Assembly: GCA_963774265.1 (NCBI GenBank)
Contig: CAVZDU010000005.1
Location: 288,001 to 352,000 of the forward strand
Direction: 5' to 3'
Origin: an uncultured Chloroflexia bacterium
GTDB taxonomy: Bacteria > Chloroflexota > Anaerolineae > CG2-30-64-16
Length of the DNA stretch: 64,000 nucleotides
A program made the translations under genes and the position numbers. Under the pieces are notes generated by a model. That model had not been told where the DNA came from and made no database searches. It was given only the letters and a program-made list of their open reading frames with translations. Of the stretch, positions 10,715 through 21,247 are shown piece after piece (position 1 is the first letter of the stretch; each line of letters starts with the position of its first letter).

Positions 10715-11535
10715 ATCGGGCCTCCTCCGGCCGGCGCCAAACCGATGTTGTCACGCACGCGCCAGCGCATGCTCACTGAGCCACCAGCGATTTCGCCAGG
10801 ATCGAGAAGCGCGATGCCGGCAGTGAGGTGGGTCTGCCAGCCGGCCAGACGCTCCGCCCGATCAGGGATCGGCAGGTCCAACGTCTCGACCAGGTAGCCC
10901 AGGCGCTTGTACACGGCGCCGGAAGCGAAGCGGATCAGGTACTCGTCGAGCTTGGGCCACTCTACCTCGGCCCAGTGGCCGCGCAGCGCCTGCGCCAACT
11001 GCCAGATGCCGCCACTCAAGTCCGGCCGGTCAGCCGCATCCACGACCGACTTCGCGCGGTCGGTCACCTGGATGGGCTGTCCATCCACTGCCCGGCGAAT
11101 CAGCCCGAAAAAGCGTGGCTCACCAATAGTTACGATCTGGTACTGCACGCCTGCCAGGACCAGCTTGGACTGCAATTTGCGCCGTGGGGACTGCACGAAG
11201 ACCGTGTGCGGCACCTGCTCAGTGAAGTTCCAAAAGCGCAGCGCCGACCAGTACGCGACCGCGCTCGGCTCAATGAGGCGCGTGCCGATCACCAACGCAT
11301 TTTCGGTCCAAACCCGATCGGGACCCGCGCTGAGGGGCACCACGATGTAGAGGCCGCGCTCGATGCGCTTCAGCCAGCCGCCGCGTTGCAGCCGACTGAG
11401 CGCATGGTGCGCCATGGCAGAGTTCGGCCAGGTGTCAGCGACCTCTTCGTAGCGAAAGATGGATCGGTTCTCCGCAGCCAGGCGGGAAAGGAATTCGGCC
11501 TCTCGCCGCGAGAGGCCGGTGATAGTTTGCGCCAT
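10711..11535 (-). CDS. AbiEi-family type IV antitoxin/transcriptional regulator
   Basis: N-terminal wHTH (LKRIERGLY), YWSAL and RLGYL motifs; ATGA overlap with abiEii. Confidence 0.85.
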   Translation of the reverse strand: MAQTITGLSRREAEFLSRLAAENRSIFRYEEVADTWPNSAMAHHALSRLQRGGWLKRIERGLYIVVPLSAGPDRVWTENALVIGTRLIEPSAVAYWSALRFWNFTEQVPHTVFVQSPRRKLQSKLVLAGVQYQIVTIGEPRFFGLIRRAVDGQPIQVTDRAKSVVDAADRPDLSGGIWQLAQALRGHWAEVEWPKLDEYLIRFASGAVYKRLGYLVETLDLPIPDRAERLAGWQTHLTAGIALLDPGEIAGGSVSMRWRVRDNIGLAPAGGGPM

Positions 11536-11567
11536 CAGACTGTCACCAGGATACAGTATCTTGCAGT

Positions 11568-11596
11568 ATAATATAATAGTGTTTGTGTGTTGTCAA
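11568..11596 (-). promoter_or_regulatory. Sigma70-type promoter of the abiE operon
   Basis: TTGACA-17 bp-TATTAT on the minus strand. Confidence 0.65.
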
Positions 11597-11608
11597 CCGA
11601 TCGATACC

Positions 11609-13136
11609 GACTCGGTTCCAGATTGTGTTGGTCGGTGTAGCGACAGGGGCTATTGACAAAAATGGGCCAAACGGCCATTGTGTAGTTGTGACACCGCACA
11701 AGAAAGCCGCACGGCCCATGAACATTATAGAGCGAGGCAGGGCACACCTGCAATCCTTAGTGGCGCTGGCCAAGCGCAGCGTTTGGGACTGGAAGCGCTG
11801 TCCGACCTGTGGCGGGACGTGGACGAGTTGCTGGGGCACGTATCCCCGTCACCCCTGGTTCCTGGATCGGGGCCGGCAGGAGGTGCGCATCCAGCGCCAC
11901 AAGTGCTACGCCTGCAACAAGACGTATTCGGAGCGGTCGGCCCTGCTGGTGCGCGGTAGTTGGTATGCCCGGGACGTTCACCGTTGTGCGGTCGACCACT
12001 GGCAACACGGCGGCACCTCATTACGGCGGACGGCGGAGTTGCTGCGCTCCTGGTTGGGGCACCAGGAACGTTGGTTGCTCTGGCGACCGCTGGATCCCGA
12101 GAGCGGCGAGCGGTGTTATTTGGCGGCCAGCACCGTGCAGCGCTGGCTGGACGGGGCCGGCAAAACGGCTCAAGCCAGCGTGGACGGGCAACTAGCGGGC
12201 ATTGCCCACACGCACGCGGTGGGCACGGACGGCTTATGGGCCAAGCTGAAAGGCAAGGCGCAGCGGGTCGTGCTGCTCATCGTGGACAGCGTTACCGGCC
12301 TGGTCTATCCGCCAGTCGTGGCCAAAGGCGAAGGGTCGGTAGGACCGTGGCAGCGGCTGTTTGAACGGGCTAAGCGGGCCGGACTGGACGTGGATGCCCT
12401 GCGCGGCGCAACGTCCGATGGCGCACAGGGGCTGCTGGCTTACTTGCGCCGGAGCCTCGCCTGGGTCCAGCATCAGCGCTGCGTCTGGCATTTGTGGCGC
12501 AACCTGGGAGGCGAGCTCGCCAAAGCCGCCAGCGAAGCGGCGGGCGACCTGACCGGCGAAGCTGCCGAGCACATCCGCAAGCAAACCCGAGATGAGTTGG
12601 GCGGGCTGATTCACAAGATCATGGACGCCCAGAGTTACACTGAGGCGGAAGCAGCGTTAGCCACGCTGCTGGGGCATCCGCTAGGCGCAACCCTCGGCAA
12701 GCTGCTCAATGAGCAACTCGATCGGGTACTCGTGCACCTGCTGGCTTACTACCAAGGCTTGCAGCGGGTGACACCCGAGTGGTACTGGCGAGATTTTCGC
12801 TTACGACTCAGCCGCGGCCGCAACCACCGCTCGGATCAGCGCCTGGAGCGGGCGACCCTGGTCTGGGCGATCTACCATAACTTCGAGCCCGCTCAAGGGA
12901 GGTCTGAGCGTAAACGTCATTACCGGCATCCCGGCCAAAGTGCCCTCCAAGTCGCCGGCGTGCCACCCGGAAAAGTGAGCTACCTGGACGCTTTGGGCGT
13001 GTAAACGCCCACGGTCCCGTCGCTTGTCGCCCCTTACCGGCGGCGAGCGACGGGAGGCAAAGTCTGCGCAGCCGTCTGCCGATTATCACCTACCAACAGG
13101 CCGACTCGGTCCGCCAACATAGGACGGAACCGAGTC
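11609..13136 (+). mobile_element. Complete insertion sequence, 1528 bp, Mutator/IS256-like; family uncertain
   Basis: Terminal IRs GACTCGGTTCC...TGTTGG; 8-bp direct repeat TCGATACC at 11601-11608 and 13137-13144. Confidence 0.9.
11718..13004 (+). CDS. DDE transposase
   Basis: Zn ribbon CPTC...CYAC, HTH, GTDG, TSDG, HQRCVWH, probable third acidic residue in TPEWYWR. Confidence 0.85.
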   Translation: MNIIERGRAHLQSLVALAKRSVWDWKRCPTCGGTWTSCWGTYPRHPWFLDRGRQEVRIQRHKCYACNKTYSERSALLVRGSWYARDVHRCAVDHWQHGGTSLRRTAELLRSWLGHQERWLLWRPLDPESGERCYLAASTVQRWLDGAGKTAQASVDGQLAGIAHTHAVGTDGLWAKLKGKAQRVVLLIVDSVTGLVYPPVVAKGEGSVGPWQRLFERAKRAGLDVDALRGATSDGAQGLLAYLRRSLAWVQHQRCVWHLWRNLGGELAKAASEAAGDLTGEAAEHIRKQTRDELGGLIHKIMDAQSYTEAEAALATLLGHPLGATLGKLLNEQLDRVLVHLLAYYQGLQRVTPEWYWRDFRLRLSRGRNHRSDQRLERATLVWAIYHNFEPAQGRSERKRHYRHPGQSALQVAGVPPGKVSYLDALGV

Positions 13137-13165
13137 TCGATACCGCAATACCGCAATCACCTGTT

Positions 13166-13219
13166 TTGACAAGTGGTTCCATCTATGCTAAATTGGTCGT
13201 ACTTACCGACCGGTTAGTA
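13166..13219 (+). promoter_or_regulatory. Sigma70 promoter plus probable TetR operator
   Basis: TTGACA-17-TAAATT with extended TG; imperfect palindrome TACTTACCGACCGGTTAGTA at 13200-13219. Confidence 0.65.
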
Positions 13220-13239
13220 GAACTACTTATGGAGGCACT

Positions 13240-14664
13240 GTGAACATCGTCGACAACCGTACTCGCAACCGCATTCTCCTGGTGCTCTTCCTGGGCGTGC
13301 TGATGGGCGCGCTGGATATCGCTATCGTTGGCCCGGCGTTGCACTCGATCAAGACCACCTTCGGCGTGGATGATCGCCTGCTGGCCTGGATCTTCACCAT
13401 CTATGTCCTCTTCAATCTGATCGGCACACCGCTCATGGCGAAGCTGTCCGATATCTTCGGCCGCCGCGGCGTTTACGTGGCTGATGTGACGCTGTTCGCC
13501 ATCGGATCGTTGGTGGTAGCTCTGTCAGCGTCCTTTCCGATGCTCCTGGTCGGCCGTGCGCTGCAAGGGTTCGGCGCCGGCGGCATCTTCCCGGTGGCAA
13601 GCGCCGTGATCGGCGACACCTTTCCGCCTGAAAAGCGGGGCAGCGCGTTGGGCCTGATCGGCGCGGTGTTTGGCCTGGCGTTCATCATCGGCCCCATTCT
13701 CGGCGGCGTCCTGCTGATGGTTGGCTGGCAATGGCTCTTTATCGTCAACATACCGATAGCCCTGGTAGTGATCGTCATGAGCCTGCGCTTGCTGCCCGCA
13801 ACGCGTGCGGCAGAGCGCAAGCCGTTCGATTGGCCGGGTATGGTCGTTCTCGAGCGCGCTGCTGATCGCGTTGACCTACGGCATCAATCAGATTGACACA
13901 GCGCACTTCGGCGCCAGCCTGATCTCGCTGAACGTCTGGCCCTTCCTTCTGTTGGCCATGATCCTGGTGCCGGTCTTCCGGCAGATCGAACTGCGTGCAG
14001 CCGACCCGGTCCTGCGCATGAGCCTCTTCGGTACGCGCCAGGCGGTCTTGGCGAACGTTCTGTCGGCGGGTGCAGGCCTGGGTGAGGCGGGATTGGTCTT
14101 CATGCCCGCGCTGGCGACCGCGGCGCTCGGCATGACCGGCTCGAAGGCCAGCTTCATGCTGATGCCGGTGGTGCTGGCGATGTCGGTCGGATCGCCCATG
14201 GCTGGCCGGTTCCTGGACCGTCTCGGCTCGAAGGTGGTGGTAGTGACGGGCGCGGCGCTGCTGGCCGCGGGCATGGTCCTGCTCAGCCAGGGCGCTGCCA
14301 GCCTGGCGCTCTTCATCGTCGCGGGTTCGCTGATCGGCCTGGGGCTGTCGGCTCTGCTCGGCGCGCCGGTGCGCTACATCATGCTCAACGAGGCGCCGGG
14401 ATCCGATCGCGCCGCCGCCCAGGGCGCCATCACCCTCTTCACCAGCACCGGCCAGTTGATCAGCGGCGCGGCCGTGGGCGCGGTGGCCGCGTCCCGCGGC
14501 GGTGGCGCGGCGGGCTACACCTCGGCCTACCTGGTGATCGCTGCGGTCGCGGTGTTATTGACGCTGCTCGCGCTCGGTCTGAAGGGTCGCGCGTCGGAAA
14601 TGGCGACGGTGCAGCGCCACACGCAGGCCACTGCAGACGATGCACAACCGGCAGGCGTTCGTAA
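13240..14664 (+). CDS. DHA2/EmrB-QacA MFS efflux transporter (frameshift near 13855; 3' end approximate)
   Basis: LDIAIV, KLSDIFGRR, GRALQGFG and GPILGG motifs; many TM segments over two ORFs. Confidence 0.8.
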
Positions 14665-14701
14665 CGCGCCCGGCGCTTTCAGTCATCGAGAAGGAGATTC
14701 A

Positions 14702-15310
14702 ATGCCAGCCACCGACTCCTCCACCACTCGCGACCGCATCATCGAGCAGGCCACGCGCCTGTTCGTAAGCCGCGGCTATCACGCTATCTCCATGCGGGAG
14801 ATTGCCGGGGCGGTGGGGGTGACCAAGGCTGCGCTTTACTACCATTTCAGCGACAAAGAAGCGCTCTTCCTGGCGGTCTTGACCGCGAGCCTGGATCGCC
14901 TGGGAGCCATCATCCAGGCGGCGCGGGCCACGGGCGGGACGACGCGCGAGCAGGTGCGCGAGATGCTGAACGGCATCTTCGCCCAATCTCCCGATCAGCG
15001 GGCGATCGTCCGGGTGGCGCGCCAGGAAATGGCGGCCTTGAGCCAGCAGGCCCTGGAGCAGTTTGGTCGCCTCTACCAGGCCAGGTTCATCGGCCAGGTG
15101 GAGGCGATGCTGGCCGATGGCGTGGCGCGGCGCGAGCTGCGCGAGCTTGATCCGCGCCAGGCCACGTGGCTGTTCCTGGGGATGATTTATCCCTTCCTTG
15201 ATGCAGCGCACGACCCGGATGCTGGCACGGAGGAGGCGGCGCTTGCCTTGGCGCTGACCATCTTCTTTGAGGGGGCAGACCTGCGGCCTACCCGGCGAAC
15301 GTCTGAATAA
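14702..15310 (+). CDS. TetR/AcrR family regulator
   Basis: HTH SMREIAGAVGVTKAALYYHFSDKEALF; RBS AAGGAG. Confidence 0.9.
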   Translation: MPATDSSTTRDRIIEQATRLFVSRGYHAISMREIAGAVGVTKAALYYHFSDKEALFLAVLTASLDRLGAIIQAARATGGTTREQVREMLNGIFAQSPDQRAIVRVARQEMAALSQQALEQFGRLYQARFIGQVEAMLADGVARRELRELDPRQATWLFLGMIYPFLDAAHDPDAGTEEAALALALTIFFEGADLRPTRRTSE

Positions 15311-17555
15311 GCAATACAGCATTCAGCCCCAGGATCACCGCTGTCGTGGCCCAGGCCAGCACCTTTGTGATACGGCCGTTGGTGAACGGCCCCATGATCT
15401 CAGGCTTGCTGGTGAACAACACCAGAGGCACCATCGCGAACGGCAGCTGGAAGGAGAGGCTGACCTGCGACAGCACCAGGATCCGCAGCGGATCGATGCC
15501 CAGCCCGATGATGATCAGGGTCGGCAGCATGGTGATGAGGCGGCGCAACCAGACGTTCATCTTGTAATGGATGAAGCCTTCCATGATCACCTGGCCGGCC
15601 ATCGTAGCGGTGGTGGACGAGGCCAGCCCGGAGGCTAGCAGGGCCAGCGCGAACGCGATCCCGGCCAGCGGTCCGAGCAGCGGCGTCAGCGTCCGGTGCG
15701 CCGACTCCAGCGAGTACTCGGCCAGCTTGCCCCCTGAAAACGCGGTCGCCGCCATCACCAGGATCGCGGCGTTGACGAAGAACGCGCCGTTCAACGCGAC
15801 CAGCGAATCCACGATGGCCAACCGGTACACCGACCGTTTGCGTTGCAGCGAATCGCTCGGACGCACGCGCGTCTGGATGAGCGCGCTGTGCAGGTACAGG
15901 TTGTGCGGCATCACGGTGGCGCCGATGATGCCGACGGCCACCAGGGTCGCGCCGATCGGCAGTGACGGCACGACCAGCCCGCGCATCATCTCGCCGAATG
16001 GCGGCTTGGCCAGCCAGATTTCAGCCATGTAGCCGAACCCGATGACCGCGATCAGCCCGATGATCACCAACTCCACCTTGCGAAATCCGTAGCGCTCCAA
16101 CAGCAGGATCAGCGAGATGACGACCCCGGTGAGCAGCGCGGCCGGGAAGAGTGGGATGCCGAACAACAGGTTAAAGCCCACCGCACCGCCCAAGAATTCG
16201 GCCAGATCGGTCGCCATCGCGGCCAGCTCGGCGGTCACCCAGAGGCCGACGCTGGCCCAGCGCGGATAGCGGTCGCGGCAGACCTCGGGAAGCGTTCTGC
16301 CGGTGGCGATGCCGAGCTTGGCCGACATCGTCTGCAGCAGGATCGCCATCATGTTCGCGACGAAGATCACCCACAGCAGGCGGTAGCCGAACCGTGCGCC
16401 GCCTTCGATATCCGTGCCCCAGTTGCCCGGATCCATGTAGCCCACGCTGATGACAAAAGCGGGGCCGAAGAAGACCAGGGCGCGCCTGAGCACGGTGAGG
16501 CTGCCGTAGCGGACGAACAACTCCCGGATGCGCGCCAGCTCTTCTGCCAGCCAGGCGCGCCGCGGCAGGACGATCTCGCGAATGGTCGCCGCGTCCAGCA
16601 GGATCTGGTTGGCTTCGACGCGCGGGAGGGCAATCTCGGCGCCGTCCACCCGGTACATCGTCGGGTCGCCCAGGGGATCGGCGCGTATCGCCGCGATTTC
16701 CGTCCCCGGCTTCACACCAGCAGCGTCCAAACGCTGACGCAGCGCCGGCGATTCGCCGATGGACATGACCCGCGCGCCCTGCCCGATCTCGATCTCGGAC
16801 AGGGGCACACGCTCTGGCAGGGGCTTCGATAACCGAGATGTTTTCGACGGCGGCAGGCGTGAGGCTGAGGCGCTGGCGTCCGCTCCAAACGAGGACCCTT
16901 CCCGGCGTCCGCTCGTCGATCTCCACCTGTGCGCCGCGGGTCAGGCCCATGAGGGCCAGTTGCGCGAACAGCGAAGGCGGCTCATCTTCGACGTGCACGA
17001 TGCGGCCGATGCGATGCTCCGGCCAGCGCGAGAGGGGCGTGCCTTGCTCTGCGGGCAATTCACCTTCTCGCGTCGGGATGGGATCGCCGTGCGGATCGAA
17101 GGCTGGGTAGCCCAGCTCGCGCTCCAGCGCGTCGACCTCATCCGGCGTGGACAGGTGCTCGCGGCGCATGGCTTCGTCGTGAAGCTCGCCCAGCGCCAGC
17201 CCTTCTTTGTCCGACAGGTAGCGCTCCCACAGTCGGTGGGCACGGATCAGTTGCAGCGCGCGCTTTCGCCCGCGGATGCGATCCGCAGCGCCTCGCCTTC
17301 GGCCTGCGCCCAGCCGCGGCGGCGGAGCTCGGATTCGATCAACGCGAAGCGCCCCGGTTGCAGATCGGCCGCGCGGATCAGATCGCGTTGCCGCACGAGG
17401 GGCTGCTGGCGCGAGAGGTGGTAGAGCGCCTTGAGGGTGTCTTCCGTGATTTCGTTCAGGCCTAGCGAGACGCGGCGAGTCTGGCGCCACAGCATGATGA
17501 CCGCAATGGAGAGAACAAGGATCACGGCAATGAGGCCGGCAACGAGGTAGTTCAT
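15288..17555 (-). CDS. mntH: Probable fusion: TM-DtxR/MntR repressor-FeoA-FeoA-NRAMP (MntH); two compensating frameshifts
   Basis: HRLWERYL, DEAMRREH and DPHGDPIP (DtxR); two FeoA-like domains; YMDPGNW and TVMPHNLYLHS (NRAMP). The second FeoA is directly in frame with NRAMP. Confidence 0.75.
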
Positions 17556-17581
17556 TCACCCTCCATGTGATTGACTGCCAG

Positions 17582-18351
17582 TTACTCCGGGATCAGGAGC
17601 AGTTGCCCCAGATCGCGCGCCCCGCGCGCGGCCTGACCCACATAGTGGTTGTTGAAATAGACCAGCGTGAGTTCGGCCGCGGCGTCGAGCTCGCGCAGCT
17701 TCGGCGTCCACTCACGCAGCTCGGCTGGCGAGTAGGCGTAGTTGTAGCGCTCCCACGCCTGTTCGTGCTGATACCACTTGGCTGCGTTCCGGCCGTGAAA
17801 GCGGACATATGCCACCGGACCGGTTGCGACCGCCACCGGTGGCAGCAGCCCCCTCAGCCGCGGCTCATCCACGCAGCAGAAGCCCAGCCCCAGCGATCGC
17901 AGCAGGTCGAAGGTCGGCTGTCCTACCCAGCCGGCGTTCCGGAACTCCACCACCGCAGGCAGGTCGCCGAACCCATCGCGCAGGCGTTTGAGATAGTCTC
18001 GATTGTCCGGGGTCGGGTGAAACGAGTAGGGGAACTGGGCAAGCACGCAGGCCAGCTTGCCGGTCTCGACCAGGGGCCGGAGCGCGGCGACGAACGGCGC
18101 GAAGTCGGGCTGCTCTCGCTCGTGCGTCAGCCCCTGGTACGCCTTGACGGAGAACAGGAAGTCGCCGGGGGTCTTGGCCACCCATCCCTGCACCATGCGC
18201 ACATCGGGCACGCGGTAGTAGGTCGTGTTGATCTCGACGGTGGAAAATTCGCGGGCATAGAAGGCCAGGTGGTCGCGCGCGGCAGTCCCTCGGGGTAGAC
18301 CGGGCCGATCCAGTCGTCGTAGGAGAAACCGGATGTGCCGATGCGGATCAT
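17582..18351 (-). CDS. DUF72 family protein (frameshift near 18290)
   Basis: IRIGTSGFSY, VEINTTYY, QFPYSF, YVRFHGRN and YFNNH motifs. Confidence 0.85.
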
Positions 18352-18386
18352 GGGACCCTCCCTCACACATCGCCGTGGGTTTGGTT

Positions 18387-19592
18387 TTACTCGATCTGCG
18401 CATCCCCGCGGCGAATCGACACCATATACAGCCCGATGAGCAGGACGAGCGCGGTCAGCACGTAGGCCGGGATGATCTCGAGCGAGGTGCGCCGCGCCAG
18501 GAAGCCGGCAAACCCTGGCAGCGTGGCCGCACCCAGCCCCGCCGCGCCGATCTGGATGCCGATGGTGTTGGCCGCATAGCGCGGGCTGACGCGCGCGCTG
18601 GTGCCCGAGACCAGGGCCGGGAAGATGGGCGCAATGGCAAGCCCGATGATGGCCACGCCCACCAGGCTGGCCACCTCCAGCGGGTTCCACCACAGGATGA
18701 TCGCACCGCATAATGCCGCGAGCAGGCTCGACCGGACCACCGTGTGAACGCCGACGCGCCTGGCGTAGAGGCCCGCCACCATGCGGCCGATGGTGAAGGT
18801 GGCCCAATAGGAGCCGGCCCAGAAGCCTGCCTGCTGCGGTGCGATGCCGCGCGCCTCCGTGAGCAGTGAGTAGGTCCAGTTCCCCAGCGTCGCTTCGACG
18901 CCCGTATAGATGAAGAACAACAGCATGCTCAGCCAGACCGCACCGTGGCGCAGCGTCTCGGGGATGGAGGTCTTGTAGTCCGTGAGGCGCTGGGGTCTTT
19001 CGGCTGCAGCAGGGTCACTTTTGTCCTGCCACATGGCGAGCGTCAGCACAAAACAGGCCGCCAGCGTCAGCTGGGCCGTGCCGACTACGGCATAGCCCAC
19101 CCGCCAGGAGCGGAAGTAGTTGAGGCCCAGGGTCATGATGATGGGACCCAGCGTGACGCCAATCCCGAAGCAGGCGTGCAGCCACTGCATGAGCCCTTCC
19201 CCGAAATGTGAGGCGACGTAGGTGTTGAGCCCCGCATCGATCGCCCCTGCCCCCAGCCCCGCCAGGACCGCCAGGGTCACCATCATCCACCACGCCGGTG
19301 CGAGCGTGTAGCCGATGAGCCCGAGGCCGGTGGCCGCACAACTTAAGGCGAGCGTCTTCCCCACGCCCAGCCGTGCCATGATGCGCCCGCTGGCAAAGCT
19401 TGAGGTTAGATAGCCCGCCATCGATGCCATGAGCATCATGCCCAGCGAGTCGAGGGGCCGGCTGAAACTGGCCCGGATCGACGGCCACGCGACCCCCAGC
19501 AGGCCGTCCGGCAGCCCGAGCGAGATGAACGCGACATAGGCGAGCAGAATGAGTCCGAGACGTGAACGATATTTGGCGAGTCTGGCTTGCAT
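18387..19592 (-). CDS. MFS transporter
   Basis: FISLGLPDGLLGVAWP, GAIDAGLN; about 12 TM segments. Confidence 0.8.
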   Translation of the reverse strand: MQARLAKYRSRLGLILLAYVAFISLGLPDGLLGVAWPSIRASFSRPLDSLGMMLMASMAGYLTSSFASGRIMARLGVGKTLALSCAATGLGLIGYTLAPAWWMMVTLAVLAGLGAGAIDAGLNTYVASHFGEGLMQWLHACFGIGVTLGPIIMTLGLNYFRSWRVGYAVVGTAQLTLAACFVLTLAMWQDKSDPAAAERPQRLTDYKTSIPETLRHGAVWLSMLLFFIYTGVEATLGNWTYSLLTEARGIAPQQAGFWAGSYWATFTIGRMVAGLYARRVGVHTVVRSSLLAALCGAIILWWNPLEVASLVGVAIIGLAIAPIFPALVSGTSARVSPRYAANTIGIQIGAAGLGAATLPGFAGFLARRTSLEIIPAYVLTALVLLIGLYMVSIRRGDAQIE

Positions 19593-19757
19593 GGGATCCT
19601 TAGTGCTGCGGCTGCGCGAGGATCTATGTCGCAACGTGCAGAGTTTAGCACAGACCCCATCCAACACAAAGCCGCCCAGGATGGCGTGAAACACGCAGCC
19701 ACACCCCATTCGTCTCCGGCGCTGTGCTATAATCGCGCTTGTCACATGGGGAGACAC

Positions 19758-20354
19758 ATGAGCCGAACGAGCTTCGCCGAAGCCGGCATTCGTCCGCTCC
19801 GCGTCGGGCGACACCTGTGGATTGGGCCGCGCGGAACCGAGCCGCCTGTCGAACCGGGCCTTGTCCCGATCTGGCTCGATCCGGGTCCAGCCTTCGGCAC
19901 GGGCGCGCACCCGACCACGCAGCTGTGTCTCCGTGCGCTCGAGCGGCATCTCAAGCCCGGCATCGCGCTGCTGGACCTCGGTGCCGGCAGCGGGATTCTT
20001 TCGATCGCGGGCGCAAAGCTGGGCGCCGGAGCGGTCCTGGCACTGGACACGGATCTTGAAGCCGTGCACGTGGCGCGAGGTAACATCATCAACAACGGTG
20101 TGGATGATAGGGTTCAGGTCGTGCAGGGCACGCTATCCGACGCGCTGGCTCGCCGGTGGGGGCAGGGGCGGGCGTCGTGGGTGGTGACGAATATCCTGTC
20201 GCACGTGATCGTCGGATTTTTCGAGCAGGGCCTGCCAGAGACGTTGAGCGCGGGCGGCTGGTTGATCCTGTCCGGGATCCTGCGCAGTCAAACGCCGGCA
20301 GTTTATGCTTGCCTGGCAGACTCAGGGTTGGAGTTGCTAGCCCAGGAACACTAA
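19758..20354 (+). CDS. prmA: PrmA-like SAM methyltransferase (short; stop about 10 codons before the expected end)
   Basis: DPGPAFGTGAHPTT, LDLGAGSGILSI, TNIL, LILSGIL. Confidence 0.7.
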   Translation: MSRTSFAEAGIRPLRVGRHLWIGPRGTEPPVEPGLVPIWLDPGPAFGTGAHPTTQLCLRALERHLKPGIALLDLGAGSGILSIAGAKLGAGAVLALDTDLEAVHVARGNIINNGVDDRVQVVQGTLSDALARRWGQGRASWVVTNILSHVIVGFFEQGLPETLSAGGWLILSGILRSQTPAVYACLADSGLELLAQEH

Positions 20355-20454
20355 GAGGAGTGGGTTTGCATCATCGCGCGGCGGGCCGTGGCTCAAGGAA
20401 ATGTTTCACCGCTGTCGAGGAGGCGCCGCTGATATCCAGCCGGGTGTGCATGAT

Positions 20455-21186
20455 TCAGAGCTCTGTGCCTAGGATGCGCGGAGTGGTCGGTCCCGGGCTG
20501 CCGCCCGCCGGTTCGACGGTGATGCCCAGTGCGTCGTATTCCCCGAAGGGCCGGGATGGTTTCAACAGCAGCACGCCGTAGCCCTCCGGACTTACCTCAA
20601 AGACCCCCGCGCTCTCTCTCGCGCCATCCTTTATCAGCCAAAGCTGGTAGCTGCGATCCGGCGACAGGACCGGCATATTATATACGCACAGAAGCGCCAC
20701 GTCCCCTGCCGCTGACGCGTACATTACGCCGCGGCCGGCCATCTCCGGCACTGCTGCATACAGGGAAACGCCCGGATTGCGCGTGAGGCTTTCCACGGCC
20801 GCAGCCTGCAGGCTCGCCTCTCTCTCCAGCCGGCCAACCCGCCCGAACCAGTAGACATTGGTCGCCGCAAGGACGAGGACGGCGGCCGCCACGGCGGTCC
20901 ACGCCCAGACCGGGCGGAAAGCGGGCAGCCAACGGGACCACCGGGCCGCGGGCTGTGCTGGTGGAGCCGATGCCACGCGCGCCCGCAACCGTTCGCCCAG
21001 GCCGACCGGAGCGGCCTGCACCGGCACTGCATAGAGCAGATCGTCGCTCAGCCTCCGGTAGTCGGCCAGCAGCTCTTGACAGGCAGAGCAGGACGCCAGG
21101 TGAGCGGCTGCCAGTTGGCTCTCTTGCTCATCGGTGGCACCAACCGCGTAGGCCGGTATGAGGGCTTCGATTGCCTCATGATCCAT
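20455..21186 (-). CDS. Zn-binding anti-sigma factor, RskA family
   Basis: HLASCSAC (ZAS), TM helix, YQLWLI...ITVEPAGGSPGPT. Confidence 0.85.
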   Translation of the reverse strand: MDHEAIEALIPAYAVGATDEQESQLAAAHLASCSACQELLADYRRLSDDLLYAVPVQAAPVGLGERLRARVASAPPAQPAARWSRWLPAFRPVWAWTAVAAAVLVLAATNVYWFGRVGRLEREASLQAAAVESLTRNPGVSLYAAVPEMAGRGVMYASAAGDVALLCVYNMPVLSPDRSYQLWLIKDGARESAGVFEVSPEGYGVLLLKPSRPFGEYDALGITVEPAGGSPGPTTPRILGTEL

Positions 21187-21206
21187 GTGAGACCTCTCTG
21201 AATATG

Positions 21207-21235
21207 TATACGTTGCGACACACGGGTATGGATCA
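21207..21235 (-). promoter_or_regulatory. ECF sigma promoter (copy 1)
   Basis: TGATCC-17 bp-CGTATA upstream of the anti-sigma gene. Confidence 0.65.
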
Positions 21236-21247
21236 CGCCTCTATCTT

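Noticed and set aside
13805-15310. Apparent MFS-TetR fusion (501-aa ORF)
   Set aside because: A strong RBS precedes the TetR ATG at 14702 and a TAA at 14662 is one base out of frame. An indel error is more likely, though reads are needed to be sure.
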